From Candidatus Bathyarchaeota archaeon (GTDB taxonomy: Archaea > Thermoproteota > Bathyarchaeia > Bathyarchaeales > Bathycorpusculaceae), in assembly GCA_963811105.1 (NCBI GenBank), contig CAWEPZ010000010.1, forward strand, positions 1-64,000: a DNA stretch of 64,000 nucleotides, given 5' to 3'. Both the position numbers and the translations under genes were made by a program. Of this stretch, positions 54,147 to 63,819 are shown one piece after another (position 1 is the first letter of the stretch; each line of letters opens with the position of its first letter). The notes below the pieces were generated by a model. The model did no database searches and was not told the DNA's origin. It saw only the letters and a list, made by a program, of their open reading frames with translations.

Positions 54147-54677
54147 TTATTTTTTGAGTTGATATTTTTCTATTTCGATAATTAACCTAGCGAGTAGAGT
54201 TGGTTCTAGGCGAAATCCTCTAGTTACCATTGTTAGCACTGTTTCTTTGGCTTCAGTTTCACTGATTAGGCCTTTTCTAAGGGCTGATATGAAAACATAG
54301 ATTGTCCCCTTTACTTTTAGCCCCCAAGCCTGTGCGAATGCGCGTCCAGCTGATTCATCCATAAGCAAAAGTAATTTCATTTCACGAGCCAAAACTATTG
54401 CTTGAGCTTCTCCTGAGTGGATGTCAAAGCAATGTTCAGAGACCTTTTGAAGAATGCTTTGGTCTTTGATGTTTAGTTTGGAGAGCTTTATCCAGCCTTC
54501 ATTTATGCATTCTTTTATGGTCTGCGCATCGGAGAATCCGCCTTGTAATCCTTTTTCTACGGCTTCTATGTACACTTCTTGAGGTATAATGACTTCCACA
54601 AAAAGGTCTTTTAGGAGAGTTATTTTACCCGCTTTTGCAAGCCATATAAGGGGGCTGGTGTCTGAGATTACAGGCAA
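54147..54677 (-). CDS. DUF3368 PIN-like toxin
   Basis: ISDTSPLI, GEAQAI..A, MDE..GR and GTI motifs. Confidence 0.85.
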   Translation of the reverse strand: MPVISDTSPLIWLAKAGKITLLKDLFVEVIIPQEVYIEAVEKGLQGGFSDAQTIKECINEGWIKLSKLNIKDQSILQKVSEHCFDIHSGEAQAIVLAREMKLLLLMDESAGRAFAQAWGLKVKGTIYVFISALRKGLISETEAKETVLTMVTRGFRLEPTLLARLIIEIEKYQLKK

Positions 54678-54689
54678 GTTCTATTCCTT

Positions 54690-54989
54690 TTAGGGTTTGA
54701 GGTCTTCTTCGAGGTCTTGTTGGGAATATTGTAGCAGGATGCCTTTTTCAGTTAAGAGCTTGTAGAAGTTCCACAGCGAGATATTTGCTAGCTGGGCTGC
54801 TTTCCAGCCTGTTATGCGCCCTTTTTGATATAGCTCCATTGCATATTCTGTGTTTTTTTCTTCAATGCCTTCTTCTAAAATTTCGCGTATCAGGGTTGAT
54901 CGGTCTTTTTCTTCTTTGTTAGCTATTTCTCGAAGTTTTTTTGCTGTTTCTTTGGATAATCTTAGACAGATTGTTTCAGACTCGGACAT
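54690..54989 (-). CDS. UPF0175-family antitoxin
   Basis: RHH N-terminus; LYQKGRIT.WKAAQLANISLW.F motif. Confidence 0.85.
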   Translation of the reverse strand: MSESETICLRLSKETAKKLREIANKEEKDRSTLIREILEEGIEEKNTEYAMELYQKGRITGWKAAQLANISLWNFYKLLTEKGILLQYSQQDLEEDLKP

Positions 54990-55087
54990 AACCCACACGT
55001 AATACATTATATATCAAATGTAATTATATATATTTTGCCACCGTTTTGAGTAGAGATAAAGAGGCAAAAACTCAATGACTAAAACGC

Positions 55088-55386
55088 AGTCAACTTTAGG
55101 TACTCGCCAACATCCCATGCCAGTAGAGAACGATGACGGCACAACTACGTTCTAATTACTTAATTATTCTTTTGTCTGATAGAAGATGAACGGGTGTTTT
55201 TTTGTGTGTGCAGCGTCGAGTTTTGTTGAACAGGCTCTGGAGATCTCTTTGGTTGCGTCTGCAAATGTCACGTTTCGTCTGCCGAAGGCAAGAACGGAGG
55301 AAGGTTGGTTGCCGCAAAATGAGATAAGCATAGTCAGGTTTAGGTGCTCGCCAACCCCATGACAGGAGAATGATGACGGCACAATT
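55088..55386 (-). repeat. Composite X-linker-Y-X (sites X10, Y4, X9)
   Basis: Reverse complement of 20019-20337 with substitutions and a small deletion. Confidence 0.9.
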
Positions 55387-55631
55387 TTTTTCATTTATTT
55401 TACATTTCTTGACAAAATTAGAGATGAAGGCAAGTTGATTGTTGTCTAGTGTACGACTTTTCCGAGATGTTGTGGGGTGGTCTTCTTGTTTACCAAGGCT
55501 TTTCTAATTATGCAGCAACCTTGGCTTCTGTTGTAATAATGTTTCAAGTAAGAGACTCTTGTTCGAAATTAAGGATTTGTCTGAAAAGAATTAAAAGGCG
55601 CTTAATCAGTCTATTACTCAGGTGCATTCAG

Positions 55632-55853
55632 TTGGAGGCAAAGGTCAAAATCAAAGAAGAAGGAATCATTATTCCAAAAGAGCTTTTCAAGGAAATGGTC
55701 GGCACTTACATCAAGATGGAGCAGATACTTGCAACCTTAGAGACACTTGCAGATAAAGAAACATTAACAGCGATTGAGGAAAGCAAAAAACAAGTGGCTA
55801 AGGGCGAATACGTTGAGTGCTCAATTAATGACTTGGAAAAAGTCTTGAAGTAA
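55632..55853 (+). CDS. Putative antitoxin of the RelE pair
   Basis: ATLETLADKE....IEESKKQ...G; CAGGTG RBS; directly upstream of relE. Confidence 0.75.
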   Translation: MEAKVKIKEEGIIIPKELFKEMVGTYIKMEQILATLETLADKETLTAIEESKKQVAKGEYVECSINDLEKVLK

Positions 55854-55854
55854 C

Positions 55855-56109
55855 ATGCCCTACACCGCAAGATTTTCTAAAGCTTTTCTTAAGAAAGAGA
55901 AACAATTGCCAAGCGCAGTAAAGTCTAGAATTGTGGAAACAGTTAAAGATACGCTCATGAAGCCCGGTAACGGCATCATGCTTGTTGGTCCGCTTAAGGG
56001 TTTATGGAAAGTGCGAGTTGGAAAATATCGAATTATCTATGAAATTGATGAGCAAGAGAAAAGGGTTATTTTCCATGAAGTTGAACTCAGGAAAAAAGTG
56101 TATGAATAA
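55855..56109 (+). CDS. relE: RelE/ParE-family toxin
   Basis: L.GPLKGLWKVRVGKYRIIYEI...RKKVY. Confidence 0.88.
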   Translation: MPYTARFSKAFLKKEKQLPSAVKSRIVETVKDTLMKPGNGIMLVGPLKGLWKVRVGKYRIIYEIDEQEKRVIFHEVELRKKVYE

Positions 56110-56179
56110 AGTACCCACTGCAAATGAAATGAAAAAAAGTAAATGGCGAACCTAGCCACTACCACACGTTACCGCTAAA

Positions 56180-56498
56180 CAAGCCGCACTCTTGCGATAA
56201 ACACGGATGTTCTCGAGAGACCAAATATTATTTCGGCTACAGCTTCTATTGTGATGATAAAGCGGTGAGTCATTTTAGAGAAATCGCAAACAAAAATGCC
56301 GCCAAGAAGGATTTATGTTAATTGTGGATTTGGCGCGGCTTGACATCTGTTTATATTTGGAGGGTTTGTTGTCTGATAGATGATGATCGGGTGTTTTTTT
56401 GTGTGCAGCGTCAGTCTGGTTTGGGTTGGTTTTGTTGAACAGGCTCTACAGATCTCTTTGGTTGCGTCTGCAAACGTCAGGGTCCGTCTGCCAAAGGC
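56180..56498. repeat. ~320-bp segment (W plus Y5), repeated directly at 62866-63184
   Basis: Shared TTGCGA..ACGGATGTTC...GATGATAAAGCGGTGAGT...GCCGCCAAGAAGG...GTTGTCTGATAG. Confidence 0.85.
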
Positions 56499-56771
56499 TG
56501 GACCTTGGATTGATGCTCTCGTTGTAGAGGTTTGCACAGCTTGTTGCTTCAACAAAAAGAAGAACAGAACCTACGATTGCATCTTACCAACACAGTCACG
56601 ACTAACCAGAATAAAAGTTACAAAAAAATTGTCGGCGACGAAAGCGTGTTTTGGGTTACCTCTTATTGCTTGAGATTGGAAGAATTAGCAGGCGGGTTGT
56701 ATAGATTTTGGGATGAGCATTTTTTGTTTTTGTTTGGTTGTGTGGGTGTTTGAAGATGCGGTGGATGCAGC

Positions 56772-59700
56772 TTAAGCGGGTCGATTTTTGGAGCGCCTTC
56801 TCAAGGTGACTCCAACTGCTAATGCTATCCCCGCAAGTCCTATTCCTGTTCCGGCGATGGCGGCTGTTTCTGCTGTGTTCAAGCTTTCCTTCAGGTTGCC
56901 AATTTCGTTTTGCATCTTGTCCAACGACGAGTTCAGGCTGATTCCAAGACCTCCGAGTTGATTCTGAAGCGATGATTGCGAAGAATTTAAACTGTTAAGA
57001 CTGTTATTTAGATTGTTGGTCTGATTCTGCAGGGCTAATTGGGTAGAACTCAAAGAATTTAGGCTGTTTCCAAGACCTCCGAGTTGATTCTGTATGTTTG
57101 ACTGGGTTGAACTTAAGGTGTTTAGTGTTGATTGAGTCGAATTTAGTTGGTTCTGGATGTTTGACTGGGCTGAACTTAAGGAGTCTATTGTTGATTGAGT
57201 GGAATTTAATTGGTTCTGGAGGAATATTGTTGAATTTGCGCTTGTGTTTATTCCGTCAGTTTGAGTTGCAACGGTTTTTAGGGTGTAGGTTCCATCTGGA
57301 TAGTTGGCTGTTGGGATGATGAAGCTGAGTGTGCCGTTGTTGTTGGATGTTTGAATGGTTTGGTCGTTGAGGTATGTTGTGACTGTGTTTATGTTGTTTC
57401 CGGAGATGGTTATTGTTACGTTTAGATCTCCTTTGAGGCTGGTTCCGCTTTGGGGCGTTAGAATTTGAATTGTAGGTGGAGCAGGGTTGATTGTTTGGTA
57501 GCTTGAAGCAGTCATTGAAATGGTCGAGTCTACAAGAGTGATTGCATTTAGGTTGGTATTAACTAGGTTTATGCTGCTGTTTGAGGCAACAATGTTTCCG
57601 CCGCGTACAGCTTGTAGCGTTAGATTTGAATTATTGATGTTTAGTGTTCCGTTTATTATCGAGTCAGATATGACAATGTTTGTTGACTGCACCGTATTTG
57701 ATCCCAAGAAGAGGTCTTGAGTTAAACTGGCTGGTCCCGTTATGTTGACTGCGTTTAATGCTAAGCCCCAATTTTGTTGAAATAATGTGATGACCTGGTT
57801 AGAAACGTAAACATAGGGTTGAATCATGAAGCTTTTCTGGGCAGAGAGCATGGTAGTTGTGGGTACTCCGTCGTATGAAATGCCTGTGACATATGCTTCG
57901 TATGGACCCGAGTAGACGAATGAATTGGCGTTAATTGGCGATAGTGCGCCTGCATTGTAGGGGGAGGGCAGTTGTATGTTTCCTATCCATTTGTTAAGAG
58001 TTGAGTTAAACGATAGGGGAATTAATTCGAAATTCTGGTATTCCGTGCGCATTATGGTCATGAAGGTATTTTGCAGTTCTTGTGGGTAAATAATCGCTGT
58101 GTATTCGCCTTGGGTTACTTCTTGGCCGTTGGAATATTGTATGTCTGCAATGATTTGTGCTGTTTGTCCCATGAAAAGAGTGGAAGGCGAAAGCGTTATC
58201 AATGGGGTTATAGTGGCGTTTGAAACCCAAATATTGCTATAGAATAAGCCGGCTAAGGTGTATCCGAGTGTTAGTGAGCCATAGTTTGCCTGCAGCAAGA
58301 TGGTATACAATCCTGATGGTGAATTAATTGGTACTTGGAGGGAACCACTAATTTTTGATGATTGGGAAATTAGTGCTGAACTGGCTACAACATTTCTTGT
58401 GGCATTGACTAGGTAGGCAGTTATACTGGAGCCTGCTGCAATATCTGAACCCACTGTGTTGCCGGTGTCAAAAGAGGGAGTGTCTGCAATGTTTGTAGGC
58501 GCGATTGGTGAAGTAATGATTGTTAGGGATTGACCCGGTGCTATCGAGGCGGGTTCAGCAACTACCTCAGGTTCGATTATACTTGTTTGTAGGTAGATGC
58601 CATTGGTGAATGGCAAAAATCCATATGTGTTCCCTTGCAACATCAAATTTATGGGGCCTGCGGGATAGGGCAATGTTAAGTTTGCAGCTGTTACGTTTCC
58701 AAAGGTCGTTAGGTTCGCAGGGACAAGAGTTACTGTGTCGACAGGGTTGTAGGAGTTGCTTAGAATCGAGTAGGAGTTAACCTGCATAGTTTGGTTGCTC
58801 AAGGGAGCTGGGTTGCCGTCAAGGTCTGTGGATGCAACGGCTACTTGTAATCCGTTTGCCGTTGTCCAGGGGTTTGTGGGAGTGGGGGTTAAGAAAGTTG
58901 CGAGGTAACCTGCAAATATTTGAGCAAACCCTTCTCCGAAAAGACCCGCGGAAGAGCCGTTGACGTCAATGTAGGCTACTCCAGATTGTTGACCCATCAC
59001 CAAGGAGGCATTCCAGGTTCCTGAGGTTATGTCGAAAGTCAAAGGTGTAATAATGGATGTTCCAGTGAGCGTGATGAGTTTGGTTGAAAAGTTCCCATTG
59101 GTAACCACGTTGTTTCCATTGTAGATGTAGGCAGAGATGTTGATTGCTTGGTTGGGAGTAAATTCTAGTTGTGGTTGCCCTGAGGCGTTATAATAATCTA
59201 TGTATATGTCGAGGCTTGGTTGCGTGAGTTGAGTGTTATATAGGGTGTTTATTTCGCCGATGTTTGGGGCGCCCCAGCCTGTTACGAGGTTGTAGCCATA
59301 GGACGCGGTCCATGGAATATTGTAGCCGAATGTTATTGGATTATACGCTTTGGCGTATAGGTTTGCGTTGTTGCCTAAATTGTAGAGGAAAGGATTGAGT
59401 AAGCCAAGAGGACCTCCTGATGACTGCGCAATTAGAGTGAGCAGACCTGAAAGAGCTTGAACCGAACCCGATGTACCCCCCACTACCATTAGGGATCCGG
59501 AATTTATTATGAAAATTCCTGGGTTAACGCCTGCTTGCAGTGAAAGGTCTGGTTCCATTCGTCCATTTGGGTACGATGGAGGGGTCTGTTGATTCTTTTG
59601 ATACCATGGTTTTGGCTCAAGGAAACTTACTCCTCCCCCGCTTCCGCCTGCGTTTACGCCATTTGGCACATAGCCTGGATTGGACCATGCAGTTTGAACA

Positions 59701-60926
59701 AAACTATTAGTTCCGTTTGGTTGGGTGTAGAGGTAGGTTTGGGTTCCTCCAGTACTTGTGACGTAGGGTGAGTCATCTGGATATCCTAAATTGCCTGCGG
59801 GACCGGAACTATAACCGCTTCCTCCCGCGTCCCCTGAAGAACACAGAAAAGTTATTCCTTCAAGTGATCCCAGCATAAAGTAGAGATCTGGGAGAAACAT
59901 GTTGAAATAGAATAGTTGCCCTCCCACCAGTGAGTACAGCCATTCGGGTCCTATGGAGAAACTCATCGACAGAGTTGTGACACTATCGTCGTCTACTATG
60001 GTGGCGATGTCGGCTGCAAACGGCAGGGCTCCGGTTGCAACGTACATGTTAATGTCGGCGTTTGGAGCCATCGCATGAGCCATTTCGACGTCAAGGGCGA
60101 CTTCGGTGCTCCATCCGTTCCCAACCCCAAGGTTAGGGTTGTATGGCACTATGGGGGTTATCACGAAGTTTGGATCTGGGAAACCGAATGTCTTATCGAA
60201 CTGAATTAAGTCCTGAGTCACTGTAGGAGATCCGAAGAAATCAAGCATACCTATTGTCTGGCCTTCACCTTGAAAGCCTTGGGTATACAAAGATGTAGCA
60301 TTGTAAACCTCTTGCAAATTTTTCGTTGAGAAACCGCCCTGAGTATAAGTTATGTTAGTGCCCTGCGTCATTGGAGAAAGATTTGCGTACCGAGGTTCAA
60401 CCATAAGTGAGGTAATATTGGAGGCAATGAAATGAGCTTCATTGAACACCGAATTTCCTTTGGTCATATAGTAGGAGTCAATTCCGTTTGTGTACATGTT
60501 TACATTAGCGCCAAAATACTGCTTAACCTGAGCTGCAGAAGCCTGAACAACTATAATCGAATCCATAGAATTCATCAAAACAGGTAAGCCCATGCTATGG
60601 AGGGTTAGGAGCATTGAATTGAATTTGGTCGTTGGCAAGAACTCCTGCTTGATCTGAGAGGGAGTTAAGAAATGTCGATACAGAGCAGAAGATGGATCCG
60701 ATACTTGCACTAATAATGAACCCAAAACATCGACGTTTTCCAGCGGGATCGCGATGTTTACTAGAACTGCAAGATCCCCAGGTGCTTGACCTTGCTGAAC
60801 ATAACCTGGAAGGGGAGTAACTGGGTTATAAGGAGGATAAGAGGTGCTTGCGGCGGCTGAATACAAGCTTCCCAACGGCATGATTACAAGCAAAATTACC
60901 ACAAAAATAACATAAAAAGGCTTCAT
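56772..60926 (-). CDS. Secreted, membrane-anchored S53 (sedolisin-like) peptidase
   Basis: Signal peptide, prodomain, EVALDVE, SSGDAG, GGTS and YNLVTGWGAP; C-terminal coiled-coil repeats and TM. Confidence 0.88.
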   Translation of the reverse strand: MKPFYVIFVVILLVIMPLGSLYSAAASTSYPPYNPVTPLPGYVQQGQAPGDLAVLVNIAIPLENVDVLGSLLVQVSDPSSALYRHFLTPSQIKQEFLPTTKFNSMLLTLHSMGLPVLMNSMDSIIVVQASAAQVKQYFGANVNMYTNGIDSYYMTKGNSVFNEAHFIASNITSLMVEPRYANLSPMTQGTNITYTQGGFSTKNLQEVYNATSLYTQGFQGEGQTIGMLDFFGSPTVTQDLIQFDKTFGFPDPNFVITPIVPYNPNLGVGNGWSTEVALDVEMAHAMAPNADINMYVATGALPFAADIATIVDDDSVTTLSMSFSIGPEWLYSLVGGQLFYFNMFLPDLYFMLGSLEGITFLCSSGDAGGSGYSSGPAGNLGYPDDSPYVTSTGGTQTYLYTQPNGTNSFVQTAWSNPGYVPNGVNAGGSGGGVSFLEPKPWYQKNQQTPPSYPNGRMEPDLSLQAGVNPGIFIINSGSLMVVGGTSGSVQALSGLLTLIAQSSGGPLGLLNPFLYNLGNNANLYAKAYNPITFGYNIPWTASYGYNLVTGWGAPNIGEINTLYNTQLTQPSLDIYIDYYNASGQPQLEFTPNQAINISAYIYNGNNVVTNGNFSTKLITLTGTSIITPLTFDITSGTWNASLVMGQQSGVAYIDVNGSSAGLFGEGFAQIFAGYLATFLTPTPTNPWTTANGLQVAVASTDLDGNPAPLSNQTMQVNSYSILSNSYNPVDTVTLVPANLTTFGNVTAANLTLPYPAGPINLMLQGNTYGFLPFTNGIYLQTSIIEPEVVAEPASIAPGQSLTIITSPIAPTNIADTPSFDTGNTVGSDIAAGSSITAYLVNATRNVVASSALISQSSKISGSLQVPINSPSGLYTILLQANYGSLTLGYTLAGLFYSNIWVSNATITPLITLSPSTLFMGQTAQIIADIQYSNGQEVTQGEYTAIIYPQELQNTFMTIMRTEYQNFELIPLSFNSTLNKWIGNIQLPSPYNAGALSPINANSFVYSGPYEAYVTGISYDGVPTTTMLSAQKSFMIQPYVYVSNQVITLFQQNWGLALNAVNITGPASLTQDLFLGSNTVQSTNIVISDSIINGTLNINNSNLTLQAVRGGNIVASNSSINLVNTNLNAITLVDSTISMTASSYQTINPAPPTIQILTPQSGTSLKGDLNVTITISGNNINTVTTYLNDQTIQTSNNNGTLSFIIPTANYPDGTYTLKTVATQTDGINTSANSTIFLQNQLNSTQSTIDSLSSAQSNIQNQLNSTQSTLNTLSSTQSNIQNQLGGLGNSLNSLSSTQLALQNQTNNLNNSLNSLNSSQSSLQNQLGGLGISLNSSLDKMQNEIGNLKESLNTAETAAIAGTGIGLAGIALAVGVTLRRRSKNRPA

Positions 60927-61119
60927 TAAAACAGCTCCAAATTCGAAAAATTCAAACTCAAATTCTGACTCATCTGTATCATTCTATTCAGAACCTCATG
61001 TTTCAAAATATGTTTCAAATTCATCTCAAAGATCATAAAAGCTTTTTCCTAATTCAATCTGTTAAAAAGAAAAAAGATAAAGAAAAAGCATACATTTTAA
61101 GGATTCAAGAATAATTGAA

Positions 61120-61306
61120 GTGCTCGCCAACCCCATATTAATGGAGAATGATGACGGCGCAACTGCTTTCTAATTCTTTATTATTTTTTTGTCTGATAGA
61201 AGTAGCAGGGTTTTTGGCGTGCATTGAAGGTTTGGGTTGCGTTTGTTGTTAGGCTTTGGAGCTTTTCGGATGCGTCTGCAAACGTCAGGGTTCGGCTGAC
61301 AAAGGC
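61120..61306 (-). repeat. Y6 plus site X11
   Basis: Reverse complement ...TTCTATCAGACAA...AATTAGAAAGCAGTTGCGCCGTCATCATTCTCCAT-TAAT-ATGGGGTTGGCGAGCAC. Confidence 0.85.
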
Positions 61307-61328
61307 TAACTGCGGAGGACTATTGTAG

Positions 61329-61625
61329 TTGCCGTTAACTGAACGCGTCACATTCAAAACAAGACTGCAGCGAGGCAATCGAGTGCAGGCTCCAAAATAC
61401 GTCAGATGGAACTACAAACTAGAACCAACTCAAATCTTACAAGTAACCGTAAAAATCCTTGGAGCATGGCAGCTTCCCCAGAGTTTTCTATCCAGAATAA
61501 GCAAAGACGGAAGAATAGTAATCCCCAAACTAACCATCGCCATATTCAAAGACGGCAAACCCAATCTTGAATATAATGTAGCCGAAGTATGGCTTAGGTC
61601 ACTCTATTTAATGCGATTCGCCTAA
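61329..61625 (+). CDS. AbrB-like double-domain DNA-binding protein (MPLTE family)
   Basis: FKTRLQRGNRVQAPKYVRW...SRISKDGRIVIPKL; GGAGG RBS; fragment copy at 63207-63290. Confidence 0.7.
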   Translation: MPLTERVTFKTRLQRGNRVQAPKYVRWNYKLEPTQILQVTVKILGAWQLPQSFLSRISKDGRIVIPKLTIAIFKDGKPNLEYNVAEVWLRSLYLMRFA

Positions 61626-61857
61626 GTTTTGCTATCATTCTCTACATATTTTCTAGAATACATATATTGATTAAAGTGGAAAGGCATAGAGGGTATTCAT
61701 TGAAATAAGTCCAGATAGGTTTTCAGATAAACTGTTTCGATTGTTATTTTACATACCTTCGCAATTATATTGATTAAGTAGTTTAATAGAAGAAGACAAG
61801 CTTTGCTGCAAAAATTTTTGTAAAGCCTGTTTTGGGTTACTTTGCCTTTAGGGTTGG

Positions 61858-62376
61858 TTAGAATTCTGTTTTTTCTATTAATTCCATAATCTTTGCGTAG
61901 CTTTCGAGGCTGCATCGCCAACCAGCAGAAACCATATCGTTTACTGCTAGCTTAGCCTGCTCTTGTGAGATGATTTTCTCAAAAACAGCTCTAGCCAAAA
62001 TGTACGGTGTGCCTCTATAATTGATTCGGTACACCTTCGCTGTTTTTCTAGCCACTTCATCATCAATAACTGCCAGCGCATCAAATTCTTTTGCTAATGC
62101 TAAAACCTGAGCATCCGCAATATGAAGCCCACGCGTCAAAGTTAACTGAGACAGAAACGCCTTATCTTTGGGTTCACATAGCTTGAAAACGCCTCTATCG
62201 AACAATTTTTCCAGAGCAATTGCGTCTGGAACACCCTTGAGCTTGCCTTTGTCTACAACTTCTTGCTTAACTAGCGGAGACGTCAACTTTTCTGCTTTTA
62301 GTTTCTCAATAATATTGCTTAATCCAGCTTTGGAAAGGTAAATCAAAGGTGTAGAATTGAAAACTAATGGTTTCAA
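61858..62376 (-). CDS. DUF3368 PIN-like toxin
   Basis: FNSTPLIYL, AD..VLALA, IDDEVARK and GT motifs. Confidence 0.82.
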   Translation of the reverse strand: MKPLVFNSTPLIYLSKAGLSNIIEKLKAEKLTSPLVKQEVVDKGKLKGVPDAIALEKLFDRGVFKLCEPKDKAFLSQLTLTRGLHIADAQVLALAKEFDALAVIDDEVARKTAKVYRINYRGTPYILARAVFEKIISQEQAKLAVNDMVSAGWRCSLESYAKIMELIEKTEF

Positions 62377-62747
62377 TTTTGGTTGGCCGCCGATGCTTCG
62401 CTGAACTCTTTAGCTACATCTTCGGGGGTATATCTGACCCATTCAATGTTGTGTTGCTTAACCAAATCGGCAAACTCCCAAAGAGAGAGTTTTGCAATAT
62501 CTGCTGCTTTAGCGAAAGTTGTTTTTCCTTTCTGCAGAAGGTCCAGTGCCGTTTGTTTTCTCCATTCAGTGATGCCTATTTCGAGAAGATTTCTGACGAC
62601 TGTCGCTTTATCTATTTTTTCTGTTTTTATGATTTCGAGAATTTCTTTTTCTAATTCAGCTGGAACTCTGACGGCTAAAGGTTTGAGGGTCAACACAACC
62701 ACAGTATACAATAGATGTCGTTTGCATACATAAACTTTTTCGGCCAA
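62373..62747 (-). CDS. UPF0175-family antitoxin (true start probably near 62690)
   Basis: AVRVP...DKATVVRNLL...KAADIAKLSLWEF. Confidence 0.82.
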   Translation of the reverse strand: MAEKVYVCKRHLLYTVVVLTLKPLAVRVPAELEKEILEIIKTEKIDKATVVRNLLEIGITEWRKQTALDLLQKGKTTFAKAADIAKLSLWEFADLVKQHNIEWVRYTPEDVAKEFSEASAANQN

Positions 62748-63054
62748 CCACTAAATAATTCAGCTCTAAATCTCCGATGGTGAAAAAATTACACTGACAA
62801 AAAATCTACGGTTACCTGCGGTGGTTGTGGTGCCTGATAAAAATAGGAAGGAACTTACCCCCAAATGAGCCACATCCTTGCGACAAATACGGATGTTCAA
62901 GAGAAGCCAAATACCATCTGGGCACCAGCTACTATTTTGATGATAAAGCGGTGAGTTATTTTAGAGAAATCGCAGACAAATGCCGCCAAGAAGGGTTTAT
63001 GTTAATTGAGGTTTGGCGCAGCTTGACATCTAAGTTTATATTTTGGAGGGTTTG

Positions 63055-63452
63055 TTGTCTGATAGAAGATGAACGAGTGTTTTTTGTGTGCAGCGTCGAG
63101 TCTGGTTTGGGTTGGTTTTGTTAAACAGGCTCTATAGATCTCTGCGGTTGGGTCTGCAAACGTCAGGGTTCGGCTGACAAAGGCTAACTGCGGAGGACTA
63201 TTGTAGTTGCCGTTAACTGAACGCGTCTCCTTCAAAACAAGGCTGCAGCGAGGCAATCGAGTCCAAGTTCCAAAATACGTCAGATGGCACGGGCTTTGGA
63301 GAGCTTTTGGGTTGCGTCTGCATATGTCAAGTTCCGTCTGCCAGAGGCAAGAGCGGAGGGATGTTTTATTTGCCGTTAAATGAGGTAAGAATGGTCAGGT
63401 TTAGGTGCGCGCCAACCCCAAACTATTGGAGAATGATGACGGCATAACTATA
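63055..63452 (-). repeat. Y7, AbrB-like fragment, partial Y8 and site X12
   Basis: Reverse complement AGTTATGCCGTCATCATTCTCCAA-TAGT-TTGGGGTTGGCGCGCACCTAAAC at 63393-63452. Confidence 0.85.
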
Positions 63453-63819
63453 AGATCAAAGATTGGAATTAAAGAAATAAAAAAAAAGAGCTAAAAATAT
63501 TAATCCTTTGCCTTCTTTGAATTAGGGTTATTTAGTTTTTTGATGCGTTGCATCTTTTTATCGAAGAAAAATTTTATTGAAGCTGTGTTTGTGTCTAACA
63601 ATACTTAAGACAACGACATATTAACAAACTCTATTAATAACCACACCCATCACTGGAATTCGAGTATTTTTGTAGTTGAAGAAAACTTAAACTAACGCCC
63701 TACATAACTCCTTTCTTACGTTGCAGCTGAAAGTTGCTATTTCTCCCGGTGTTCGAAACTTTGATTTTGGATTGATTGAATTTTTTTTATTATTTCATTG
63801 AAAACTAATGAAGTTCTTT

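Noticed and set aside
20019-63452. X as classical integron attC or Xer dif sites
   Set aside because: There are no inward RYYYAAC/GTTRRRY boxes, no dif-like AT-rich arms and no intI/xer gene in the window; kept only as an analogy.
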